Below, piece by piece: positions 56,177 to 64,000 of a stretch of DNA of 64,000 nucleotides; the first letter of the stretch is position 1, and every line of letters starts with the position of its first letter. Made by a program: the position numbers and the translations under genes. The notes beneath the pieces were generated by a model. It was not told the origin of the DNA and did no database searches. It worked only from the letters and a program-made list of their open reading frames with translations. Where the stretch lies: contig JADCGQ010000058.1 in the NCBI GenBank assembly GCA_020248945.1, forward strand, positions 19,189-83,188. The letters are read 5' to 3'. The stretch is from Rubrivivax sp. Lineage in GTDB: Bacteria; Pseudomonadota; Gammaproteobacteria; Burkholderiales; Burkholderiaceae_C.

Positions 56177-57076
56177 TCAGTTCGTCGCGCCGGTGGGCGT
56201 GCCACCGGCGCTGGGGTTCGGGGTGCTGCCGGTGGCCGCACCGGGGGAGGTCGTCACGCCGCGCAGCCGCACGGCGTAGCCGCCGGCGTGGCGCAGGTCG
56301 GCGTGCTGCAGCGGGGCGCGCCAGCGCGCGTTGGCGGCGGCGAAGGTGCGCACGAAGCGCTCGGTGCGCGCCACGATCTCGTCGCTGCTGCCGCGGCCGA
56401 GCTCCATGGTGGCGCCGCTGTCGAAGCCCAGGCGCCACGAGCCGCGGCCCGACAGGTGCATCGAGCTGATCTGCAGGTCGTGCCGGGCCAGCAGGGGCTG
56501 CAGCTGGTGCAGCAGCTCCAGCATCTCGGCGGCGCGCTCTTCGGGGCCGCTGAGCAAGGGCAGGCTCTCGTCTTCGACGTCACCCACGTTGGCATCGAAG
56601 ACCTCGCCGTGGCTGTTGACGAGGCGGCCGGTGTCGGCCACGGCAGCGGCGTCGGCGGTGGTGTCTTCGCCGGCCCACAGCGCCGCGGGGCGGTGCTCTT
56701 CCAGGCGCACCACCAGCTTGTCGGGCCACACGCGGCGCACGACGGCGCGGCGCACCCAGGGCACGCTCTCAAACGCAGCGCGGCTGCCTTGCAGATCGAC
56801 GCTGAAGAAGTTGCCGGCCAGTCGCGGCGCGGCGTTGGCGCGGATCGTGGGCACGCTGTTGCGCGCCAGGTCGCCATCGAGCTGGATGGCGCGGATGGGG
56901 AACAGCGGGCTGCGCATCAGCCAGGCCCAGGCCGCCACGCCCGCACCGGCCGCCGCCAGCACGAACACCGCCGCGGCCACGGCGTTCATCAGCCGCACGT
57001 CGGCCGGCAGCACACGGCCCGCGCGCGCAGCGGCGGCGGCGGCGTTGGGCGGGGCGGGGCGGCGGAGGGTGGCCAT
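56177..57076 (-). CDS. ftsQ: cell division protein FtsQ
   Basis: A single TM segment, then a POTRA-like region PIRAIQLDGDL. The call also rests on its position between ddl and ftsA. Confidence 0.85.
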   Translation of the reverse strand: MATLRRPAPPNAAAAAARAGRVLPADVRLMNAVAAAVFVLAAAGAGVAAWAWLMRSPLFPIRAIQLDGDLARNSVPTIRANAAPRLAGNFFSVDLQGSRAAFESVPWVRRAVVRRVWPDKLVVRLEEHRPAALWAGEDTTADAAAVADTGRLVNSHGEVFDANVGDVEDESLPLLSGPEERAAEMLELLHQLQPLLARHDLQISSMHLSGRGSWRLGFDSGATMELGRGSSDEIVARTERFVRTFAAANARWRAPLQHADLRHAGGYAVRLRGVTTSPGAATGSTPNPSAGGTPTGATN

Positions 57077-57084
57077 GCGTCGGT

Positions 57085-58071
57085 TCAGGCCCGGGTGTTG
57101 TCGGTCGACGCCAGCGCCAGCAGCAGCAGGCACAGCCGCTCGTAGCTGATGCCGGCCTGGCGCGCCGACATCGGCACCAGCGAGTGGCCGGTCATGCCGG
57201 GGCTGGTGTTCATCTCGAGCAGGAAGATCTTGCGGTCCGAGGCCCTCAGCATCAGGTCGGCGCGGCCCCAGCCGCGGCTGCCCAGGGCGCGGTAGGCGGC
57301 CAGCGTCAGGCGCTGCACCTCGGCCTCTTCGTCGGGCGCCAGGCCGCTGGGGCAGCGGTAGCCGGTGTCCTCGGAGAAGTACTTGTGCTCGTAGTCGTAG
57401 TTGCCGTCGGGCGCCTCGATGCGCACCACCGGCAGCGCGCGCGCGTGTTCGCCCTGGCCGAGCACCGGGCAGGTGAGCTCGATGCCGATGATGAACTCCT
57501 CGCAGAGCACATCGGGGTCGTACTGCGCGGCCAGCTTCACCGCCTCCTGCATCTGCGAGTAGCCCTCGACCTTGCTGATGCCGATGGAGCTGCCCTCGCG
57601 CGGGGGCTTCACGATCAGCGGCAGGCCCAGGGTGTCGGGCACGGCGATCACGCGCTCGCGCTGCAGCTCGCCTGGCTGCAGCAGCACCCAGCGCGGCGTG
57701 GGCAGGCCCTCGGCGAGCCAGACGCGCTTGGTCATGGTCTTGTCCATCGCAATCGCGCTGGCCATCACGCCGCTGCCGGTGTAGGGCAGCTGCAGCAGCT
57801 CGAGCGCGCCCTGCAGCGAGCCGTCTTCGCCGCCACGACCGTGCAGCGCGATGAACACACGCGCGTAGCCCTCGTCCTTGAGCGCCTGCAGCGGCCGCTC
57901 GGCGGGGTCGAAGGCGTGCGCGTCCACGCCCTGGCTGCGCAGGGCCTGCAGCACGCCGCTGCCGCTCATCAGGCTGACCTCGCGCTCGGCGCTGCGACCG
58001 CCGGTGAGCACGGCCACCTTGCCGAGAGCGCCGGCGTCGATGGGGATGTCCAGGTCGAAGGCCGCGCTCAT
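57085..58071 (-). CDS. ddl: D-alanine--D-alanine ligase
   Basis: Contains [28 protein letters not shown] and NTSPGMT. Confidence 0.93.
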   Translation of the reverse strand: MSAAFDLDIPIDAGALGKVAVLTGGRSAEREVSLMSGSGVLQALRSQGVDAHAFDPAERPLQALKDEGYARVFIALHGRGGEDGSLQGALELLQLPYTGSGVMASAIAMDKTMTKRVWLAEGLPTPRWVLLQPGELQRERVIAVPDTLGLPLIVKPPREGSSIGISKVEGYSQMQEAVKLAAQYDPDVLCEEFIIGIELTCPVLGQGEHARALPVVRIEAPDGNYDYEHKYFSEDTGYRCPSGLAPDEEAEVQRLTLAAYRALGSRGWGRADLMLRASDRKIFLLEMNTSPGMTGHSLVPMSARQAGISYERLCLLLLALASTDNTRA

Positions 58072-59489
58072 GCTGCAGCTCCTTGGGTCACAGAATCAGA
58101 CAGCGCCTGCATCGCCTTGGGCAGCGTGCCGATGGAGCCGGCGCCCATGCCCAGCAGCACGTCGCCGGCCTTCAGCGTGGCAAACAAGTGGGCGGGTAGC
58201 TCGGCCAGCTGCGGCACGAAGCGGGCGCCGGGCACGGCGGCGGCCAGGCTGGCACCGTCGGCCCCGGCGATGGGCGCCTCGCCCGCGGGGTAGACCTCGG
58301 TGAGCCACACCGCATCGGCCCCGCGCAGCACGGCCGCGAACTCGGCGAAGCAGTCGCGCGTGCGGCTGTAGCGGTGCGGCTGGAAGGCCAGCACCAGCCG
58401 GCGGCCGGGGAAGGCGCCACGCGCGGCGGCGATCACGGCGGCCAGCTCCACCGGGTGGTGGCCGTAGTCGTCGACCAGCAGGTACTCGGCACCGCCCGCA
58501 GCGCGCAGCGGCCCGACTTGCGCGAAGCGGCGGCCGACGCCGGCAAACTGCTCGAAGGCGCGCGCCGCGGCCGCATCGGGCAGCTGCAGCGTGCGCGCCA
58601 CCGCCAGCGCCGCCAGCGCGTTGCGCACGTTGTGCTCGCCGGCCAGGTTCAGCGTCACGGCCAGGTCGGCAAAGCCGGGCTGCCGGGCGGTGAAGGCCAT
58701 GCGGGCGCCGGGCAGCGCGCTCACGTCCACGGCGCGCAGATCGGCGGCCTCGCCCAGGCCGTAGGTGGTGACGTAGCGCTCCAGCCGTGGCAGCACGGCC
58801 AGCACGCCGGGGTCGTCACTGCAGACCATGGCGCGGCCGTAGAACGGCAGCCGCAGCACGAACTGCACGAAGGCGTCGTGCAGCCGCGCCACGCTGTGGC
58901 CGTAGGTCTCCATGTGGTCGGCGTCGATGTTCGTCACCACCGCGAGCACGGGGCTCAGGTGCAGGAAGCTGGCGTCGCTTTCGTCGGCCTCGGCCACGAG
59001 GTAGTCACCTGCGCCGAGCTTGGCGCCTTGGCCGCGTTCGCCGCGTTCGCCGCCGGCGCTCTTGAGCTCGCCGCCGATCACGTAGCTGGGGTCGCAGCCG
59101 GCCTCGGCCAGCACGCGGGCCACCAGCGAGGTGGTGGTGGTCTTGCCGTGCGTGCCGGCAATGGCGATGCCCTGCTTGTGGCGCATCAGCTCGGCCAGCA
59201 GCGCGGCGCGCGCGACGATCGGGATGCGTGCGGCGCGCGCGGCCACCACCTCGGGGTTGCTCGCCTTCACGGCCGTGCTGGTGACGAGCGCCTGCGCATC
59301 GCCGATGTGGGCCGCGTCGTGGCCGATGTGCACGCGCACGCCCAGACGCGCCAGGCGCTCCGTCACGGCGCTGGCATGCAGATCGGAGCCGCTGACGGTG
59401 TAGCCGAGGCCGGCCATGATCTCGGCCAGCGGGCTCATGCCGGAGCCGCCCACGCCGACGAAGTGGATGTGATGCACGGCGTGGTTCAT
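58068..59489 (-). CDS. murC: UDP-N-acetylmuramate--L-alanine ligase
   Basis: Contains [13 protein letters not shown] and GTHGKTTT. It has ATGA overlaps at both ends. Confidence 0.93.
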   Translation of the reverse strand: MNHAVHHIHFVGVGGSGMSPLAEIMAGLGYTVSGSDLHASAVTERLARLGVRVHIGHDAAHIGDAQALVTSTAVKASNPEVVAARAARIPIVARAALLAELMRHKQGIAIAGTHGKTTTTSLVARVLAEAGCDPSYVIGGELKSAGGERGERGQGAKLGAGDYLVAEADESDASFLHLSPVLAVVTNIDADHMETYGHSVARLHDAFVQFVLRLPFYGRAMVCSDDPGVLAVLPRLERYVTTYGLGEAADLRAVDVSALPGARMAFTARQPGFADLAVTLNLAGEHNVRNALAALAVARTLQLPDAAAARAFEQFAGVGRRFAQVGPLRAAGGAEYLLVDDYGHHPVELAAVIAAARGAFPGRRLVLAFQPHRYSRTRDCFAEFAAVLRGADAVWLTEVYPAGEAPIAGADGASLAAAVPGARFVPQLAELPAHLFATLKAGDVLLGMGAGSIGTLPKAMQALSDSVTQGAAA

Positions 59490-60568
59490 GTGCGACGGCC
59501 CTTCATCAGGGCTTCGATCTCGTCGGCCACGCGGGCCGCCGCCTGCGGGCGGGCCTGGGCACGGGCCTGGGTGGCCATGGTCAGCAGCGTGGCGCGGTCG
59601 AGCCGGGCCAGCTCGGTGGCCAGCCGCTCGGGCGTGAGCTCGGTCTGCGGCAGGTGCACGGCGCCGCCCTGCGCGGCCAGCCACTGCGCGTTGTCGCGCT
59701 GGTGCGCGGTGGTGCTCACGACCAGCGGCACCAGGATGGCGGGCACGCCGGCGGCGCAGAGCTCGCTCACGGTGATGGCGCCGGCGCGGCAGACCATCAA
59801 GTCGCAAGCCGCCAGGCGGGCGGGCATGTCGTCGAGGAAGGGCCGCACCTCGGCGGCAATGCCGTGGGCGGCGTAGGCGGCGCGCACGGCGGCTTCATCG
59901 GCAGCGCCGGTCTGGTGGACGATGTGCGGGCGCTGAACAGCGCTCAGGCGCGCGATGGCGTCGGGCAGCGTCCGGTTGAGTGCCTGCGCGCCCAGGCTGC
60001 CACCCACCACCAGCAGTTGCAGCGGGCCGCTGCGCGCGCCGTAGCGCTCGGCGGGCGCCGCGATGGCCTCGATCTCGGCGCGCACCGGGTTGCCGGTGAC
60101 GACGGCGTTCTGGGTGCCGCGTGCGGCGGCGCCCTCGAAGCCGAAGGCCACGCGGTCGGCCACCGGCAGCAGGCCCTTGTTCGACAGCAGCAGCGCGGCG
60201 TCGGCGTTCACCAGCAGCAGCGGCTGGTTCAGCCAGCTGGCCATCAGCCCACCCGGAAAGCACACGTAGCCGCCCATGCCCAGCACGACATCGGCCGCGC
60301 GGCGCTTGAGGATGGCGCGGCAGTCCCAGAAGGCCTTGAGCAGGCGCAGGCCGCCGGTGGCGGTGTGCAGCAGGCCCTTGCCGCGCAGGCCGCTGAAGCG
60401 GATGGTGTCGAGCGCCAGGCCGCTCGGCGGCACGAGCTTGTTCTCCATGCCGTGCGAGGTGCCGAGCCACGACACCGTCCAGCCGCGGCGCTGCATCTCG
60501 CGCGCCACCGCCAGGCCCGGCATGATGTGCCCGCCGGTGCCGGCGGCCATGACGACGAGGTGCGGCAT
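59486..60568 (-). CDS. murG: undecaprenyldiphospho-muramoylpentapeptide beta-N-acetylglucosaminyltransferase
   Basis: Starts [25 protein letters not shown] at 60568..60566; the track ORF begins one codon earlier at a GTG. Confidence 0.92.
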   Translation of the reverse strand: MPHLVVMAAGTGGHIMPGLAVAREMQRRGWTVSWLGTSHGMENKLVPPSGLALDTIRFSGLRGKGLLHTATGGLRLLKAFWDCRAILKRRAADVVLGMGGYVCFPGGLMASWLNQPLLLVNADAALLLSNKGLLPVADRVAFGFEGAAARGTQNAVVTGNPVRAEIEAIAAPAERYGARSGPLQLLVVGGSLGAQALNRTLPDAIARLSAVQRPHIVHQTGAADEAAVRAAYAAHGIAAEVRPFLDDMPARLAACDLMVCRAGAITVSELCAAGVPAILVPLVVSTTAHQRDNAQWLAAQGGAVHLPQTELTPERLATELARLDRATLLTMATQARAQARPQAAARVADEIEALMKGRRT

Positions 60569-60711
60569 CACGCCCTCCCCCCGCGCATCAACGCCCGGTT
60601 CTGGCTACGGCCCGCACGCTGCGCGTGCTTCACATCGCTGCGCGATGTGAGCCTGCACCGGAACAGCGCACCGGCGCTGCGCACCGTCGTCAAGCTGCGC
60701 TTGCCGATCAT
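60568..60711 (-). other. structured ftsW-murG spacer containing a 47-codon ORF (coding status doubtful)
   Basis: Four stem-loops lie at 60691-60703, 60664-60679, 60630-60650 and 60614-60628. The ORF's ATG overlaps the ftsW stop (ATGA) and its TGA overlaps the murG ATG (TGATG). See findings. Confidence 0.5.
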
Positions 60712-61973
60712 GCGCGGCCTCCGCGCATGAGTGCCCTGTTCTCAATGTCCACCCGCAGCACCAGCGCCAACGCCACGGCGTTCATCAGGATGGCGCTGCC
60801 GCCGTAGCTCATCAGCGGCAGCGTCAGGCCCTTGGTGGGCAGCACGCCCAGGTTCACGCCCATGTTGATGAAGGACTGGAAGCCGATCCAGATGCCGATG
60901 CCCTGGCACATGAGCCCCGCGAACACGCGGTCCAGCGCGATGGCCTGGCGGCCGATGCCGACGATGCGCCGCGTGAGCCAGAAGAAGGCGCCGATGACCA
61001 CGGCCACGCCGACGAAGCCGAGTTCCTCGCCGATCACCGCGAGCAGGAAGTCGGTGTGCGCCTCGGGCAGGTAGTGCAGCTTTTCCACGCTCGCGCCCAG
61101 CCCCTGGCCGAAGATCTCGCCGCGGCCCAGGGCGATGAGCGAGTGCGTGAGCTGGTAGCCCTTGCCCTGCGCGTATTTCGGGTTCCAGGGGTCCAGGTAG
61201 GCCAGGATGCGTTCGCGCCGCAGGTCGTCGAACGCCAGGAACAGGCCCAGCACCAGCAGCATCACCACGGCGATCAGGAAGAACATGCGCGCGTTCACGC
61301 CGCCCAGGAACAGGATGCCCATCGCGATGGTGGCGATCACGATGAAGGCACCCATGTCCGGCTGGCGCAGCAGCAGCGCGCCCACGAACACCACCGCCAC
61401 CACCATGGGCGTGCCGGCGCGCCAGAAGTTCTCGCGCACGTCCATGCGCCGCACCATGTAGCTGGCGGCGTACAGCGCAATCGCCAGCTTGGCCAGTTCG
61501 CTGGGCTGGAAGTTCATGAAGCCCAGCGGGATCCAGCGGCGCGCGTTGTTCACGACCTTGCCGATGAAGGGCAGCAGCACCGCCACCAGCAGCACCAGCG
61601 TCACCAGAAACACCCAGGGGGCGTTCTTCTCCCAGAACGACATCGGCAGCTGCACCGTCACCAGCGCCGCCACGAACGCCACCGTGATGGCCAGCAGGTG
61701 CTTCTTCAGGAAGAAGCCCTGCGTGATGCCCGAGAAGCGCGGGTTGTCGGGCAGCGCGATGCTGGCCGAATACACCATCACCACGCCAAAGGCCACGAGC
61801 GCGGCCACCACGGCCACCAGCTGCGTGTCGAAGGCGCTCAGGCGCACGGCGCGCGTGCCGGCCACGTCGACGTGCTCGCGCACCGGCAGCGGGCCGCCGG
61901 CATCGGCGCGGCGGCCCGGCAGGCGCGCCGCCAGCGCGGCCCACCAGCCCTGCAGCGTGGCGGCAGCGTTCAT
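60708..61973 (-). CDS. ftsW: lipid II flippase / peptidoglycan glycosyltransferase FtsW
   Basis: SEDS-family multi-TM protein containing EFMKP-equivalent [11 protein letters not shown] and [16 protein letters not shown]. Confidence 0.92.
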   Translation of the reverse strand: MNAAATLQGWWAALAARLPGRRADAGGPLPVREHVDVAGTRAVRLSAFDTQLVAVVAALVAFGVVMVYSASIALPDNPRFSGITQGFFLKKHLLAITVAFVAALVTVQLPMSFWEKNAPWVFLVTLVLLVAVLLPFIGKVVNNARRWIPLGFMNFQPSELAKLAIALYAASYMVRRMDVRENFWRAGTPMVVAVVFVGALLLRQPDMGAFIVIATIAMGILFLGGVNARMFFLIAVVMLLVLGLFLAFDDLRRERILAYLDPWNPKYAQGKGYQLTHSLIALGRGEIFGQGLGASVEKLHYLPEAHTDFLLAVIGEELGFVGVAVVIGAFFWLTRRIVGIGRQAIALDRVFAGLMCQGIGIWIGFQSFINMGVNLGVLPTKGLTLPLMSYGGSAILMNAVALALVLRVDIENRALMRGGRA

Positions 61974-63586
61974 GCAAGCTCTCCGCGTTCGGCCGCCAGC
62001 GCCTGCACCGCGGCCACGAAGACCTCGGCACGGTGGGCGTAGTTGCGGAACATGTCCAGGCTGGCGCAGGCCGGGCTCAGCAGCACGGCGTCACCGGGCT
62101 GCGCCTGGGCAAAGCACCAGTTCACGGCGAGTTCCAGCGAGACGAAGCGCTGCAGCGGCAGGCCCTTTCCGCGGAGCTCGGCGTGCTGCTCGATCACGGC
62201 CTCGATGGCCGCCGCATCGCGGCCGATGGTGGCCACCGCGCGGGCGTGGCGGGCCAGCGGCGCGGCCAGCGGTGCGAAGTCCTGGCCCTTGCCGTCGCCG
62301 CCGAGGATGACGACCAGGCGGCCGGGTGCCAGATCGGCGCCCAGGCCTTCGAGCGCGGCCACGGTGGCGCCGACGTTGGTGCCCTTGCTGTCGTCGTAGG
62401 CGTCGACCTCGCCGACCTTGGCCACGAACTGCACGCGGTGCGGCTCGCCGGTGTATTCACGCAGGCCGTGCAGCATCGGCGCCAGCGGGCAGCCGATGGC
62501 GGTGGCCAGCGCCAGCGCCGCCAGCGCGTTGGCGGCGTTGTGGCGGCCGCGCACCCGCAGCGCGTCGGCGGGCATCAGGCGCTGCAGGTGGATCTCGGGC
62601 TCTTCGCCCTTCTTGAGCCTGATGCCCTCTTCCTGCGGCAGCGCGCGCACCAGCCAGGCCATGCCGCTTTCGACGACGATGCCGAAGTCGCCCGGCGCGC
62701 GCGGGGCATCGAGGCCGAAGCGCAGGGCCTTGCGTTCAGGGCCCTTGGGCTTGCCCTTCTGCGGGCCCTTCTCGTGCAGCTCGGGGCGCGGCAGCAGCGC
62801 CTCCACCGCAGCGTCGCTGCGGTTGATCACGCAGGTGGCCTGGGTGCCGAAGATGCGTGCCTTGGCGGCGCCGTAGGCGGGCATGCTGCCGTGCCAGTCG
62901 AGGTGGTCCTGCGTGAGGTTGAGCACGGCCGCGGCATCGGGCTCGAAGCCGCGCACGCCGGTGCCGCCGCCCTCGAGCTGGAAGCTGGAGAGCTCGAGCA
63001 CCCAGACCTCGGGCAGGCGCTTCTTGGCTTCGCTCTCGGCATCGGTCTCGGCATCGCTCTCGGCATCGCTCTCGACGGCACTCAACTCGGCCGCCAGCAC
63101 GTCCAGCAGCGCAGGGCCGATGTTGCCGGCCATCGCCACGCGCCGGCCGGCGCGCTCGACCAGCAGTGCCGTCATCGCCGTGGTGGTGGTTTTGCCATTG
63201 GTGCCGGTGATGGCCAGCAGCTGCGGTGCGTAGCCTCTCGTGGCCTTCAGGTCGGCCAGCGCGCGTGCGAACAGGTCGAGCTCGCCCAGCACCGCGATGC
63301 CGGTGGCCCGCGCCTCGGCCAGCAGCGGGGCAATGCGCTCGTCGGCCGGCGCCAGGCCCGGGCTCTTCAGCACCAGCTGGCAGCCCTGCAGCAGCGCCGG
63401 CTCCAGCGCGCCGTGCACGCGGGCCACGTCGGGGTGTTCGGCGGCCAGCGCCTCGGCGCCCGGAGGCTGCTCGCGCGAGTCCCACACCGTCACCGCGGCG
63501 CCGTGACGTGCGCACCAGCGCGCCATGGCCAGGCCGCTCGTGCCGAGGCCGAGCACGAGGACGGGGGTGTTCTGCAGCCAGTCCAT
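61970..63586 (-). CDS. murD: UDP-N-acetylmuramoylalanine--D-glutamate ligase
   Basis: Contains [25 protein letters not shown] and LELSSFQLE. At 538 aa it is long because of lineage-type insertions. Start MDWLQNTP at 63586. Confidence 0.9.
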   Translation of the reverse strand: MDWLQNTPVLVLGLGTSGLAMARWCARHGAAVTVWDSREQPPGAEALAAEHPDVARVHGALEPALLQGCQLVLKSPGLAPADERIAPLLAEARATGIAVLGELDLFARALADLKATRGYAPQLLAITGTNGKTTTTAMTALLVERAGRRVAMAGNIGPALLDVLAAELSAVESDAESDAETDAESEAKKRLPEVWVLELSSFQLEGGGTGVRGFEPDAAAVLNLTQDHLDWHGSMPAYGAAKARIFGTQATCVINRSDAAVEALLPRPELHEKGPQKGKPKGPERKALRFGLDAPRAPGDFGIVVESGMAWLVRALPQEEGIRLKKGEEPEIHLQRLMPADALRVRGRHNAANALAALALATAIGCPLAPMLHGLREYTGEPHRVQFVAKVGEVDAYDDSKGTNVGATVAALEGLGADLAPGRLVVILGGDGKGQDFAPLAAPLARHARAVATIGRDAAAIEAVIEQHAELRGKGLPLQRFVSLELAVNWCFAQAQPGDAVLLSPACASLDMFRNYAHRAEVFVAAVQALAAERGELA

Positions 63587-64000
63587 CAGCGCAGCTTCAG
63601 GCTCGCAAGGCCCACCAGGCACAGCAGCATCGTGATGATCCAGAAGCGCACCACCACCTGCGTCTCGCCCCAGCCCTTCTTCTCGAAGTGGTGGTGCAGC
63701 GGCGCCATCAGGAAGACGCGCCGGCCCACGCCGTAGCGGCGTTTGGTGTACTTGAACCAGCTCACCTGGATGATCACGCTCAGCGCTTCGGCGACGAAGA
63801 TGCCGCCCATGATGGCCAGCACGATCTCCTGCCGCGTGATCACGGCGATGGTGCCCAGCGCGCCGCCCAGCGCCAGCGCGCCCACGTCGCCCATGAACAC
63901 CTGCGCCGGGTTGGCGTTGAACCACAGGAAGGCCAGCCCCGCGCCGGCCATCGCGGCGCAGAACACCAGCAGCTCGCCAGCACCCGGGATGTGCGGGAAC
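63586..64000 (-). CDS. mraY: phospho-N-acetylmuramoyl-pentapeptide transferase, C-terminal part (5' end beyond the window)
   Basis: Contains [15 protein letters not shown] and [12 protein letters not shown]. It has a TGATG junction with murD. Confidence 0.92.
   Translation of the reverse strand, partial: FPHIPGAGELLVFCAAMAGAGLAFLWFNANPAQVFMGDVGALALGGALGTIAVITRQEIVLAIMGGIFVAEALSVIIQVSWFKYTKRRYGVGRRVFLMAPLHHHFEKKGWGETQVVVRFWIITMLLCLVGLASLKLR

Noticed and set aside
53527-56469. A 980-aa plus-strand ORF across the ftsZ-ftsA region. Similar long ORFs occur at 25227-27965(-), 49956-52646(-), 20231-21598(+), 247-2169(+) and 8420-10453(+).
   Set aside because: All lie opposite unmistakable genes: ftsZ/ftsA, the S9 peptidase, the TRAP SBP/PdxA/SDR genes, the histidine kinase, the allophanate hydrolase and the uraD-allC fusion. 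They are shadow ORFs.
60568-60711. Calling the 47-codon ftsW-murG spacer ORF a confident protein-coding gene.
   Set aside because: The predicted peptide is extremely Arg/Ser/Ala/Gly-rich, as expected from random GC-rich sequence, and the region is densely self-complementary. I report it as a structural anomaly rather than as a CDS.

Overview
This is a gene-dense chromosomal segment of about 70% GC. It looks betaproteobacterial (Burkholderiales/Comamonadaceae-like), which I infer from gene content, REP-type repeats and dcw gene order; I could run no database search. I call 62 protein-coding genes plus two sub-threshold candidate ORFs. I saw no rRNA, tRNA, CRISPR array, integrase or transposase.

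Gene order, left to right:
- A family-5 ABC binding-protein fragment, allophanate hydrolase and an orphan ureD.
- A purine/urate catabolism cluster: CDA-type deaminase, NitT/TauT-type ABC importer, M20 hydrolase, fused OHCU decarboxylase-allantoate amidohydrolase, PuuE allantoinase, HIU hydrolase and the membrane cytochrome-c urate hydroxylase PuuD.
- cspA, then a GNAT gene and a lipoprotein gene.
- PepSY-RR-HK, divergent from an SHP-like / dihaem cytochrome c / cytochrome b trio.
- RR-HK-dgkA, divergent from eptA-pap2-GNAT (a lipid A phosphoethanolamine module).
- S9 peptidase, ldhA, a PEP-CTERM protein, a 667-aa secreted protein of unknown function, katG and a cNMP-binding patatin.
- An envelope gene string headed by an SOS box, then an orphan arsA with an unknown lipoprotein.
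- A GntR-controlled Rieske/PDR/PdxA-like aromatic-acid cluster.
- The distal dcw cluster: mraY(partial)-murD-ftsW-murG-murC-ddl-ftsQ-ftsA-ftsZ.

Best candidates for something new:
1. A canonical LexA box sits inside a sigma70-type promoter at 42027-42055. It drives an unannotated 32-codon ORF and possibly the downstream OmpA-like, 142-aa and 66-aa genes.
2. A 144-nt structured spacer lies between ftsW and murG. Its two ends encode the same decapeptide using synonymously diverged codons.
3. Several gene sets have recognisable folds but no assignable function: the 667-aa secreted protein, the arsA plus lipoprotein pair, and the aromatic-acid cluster.

All functional calls rest on my reading of the translated ORFs and on motif recognition, and should be confirmed by homology searches.
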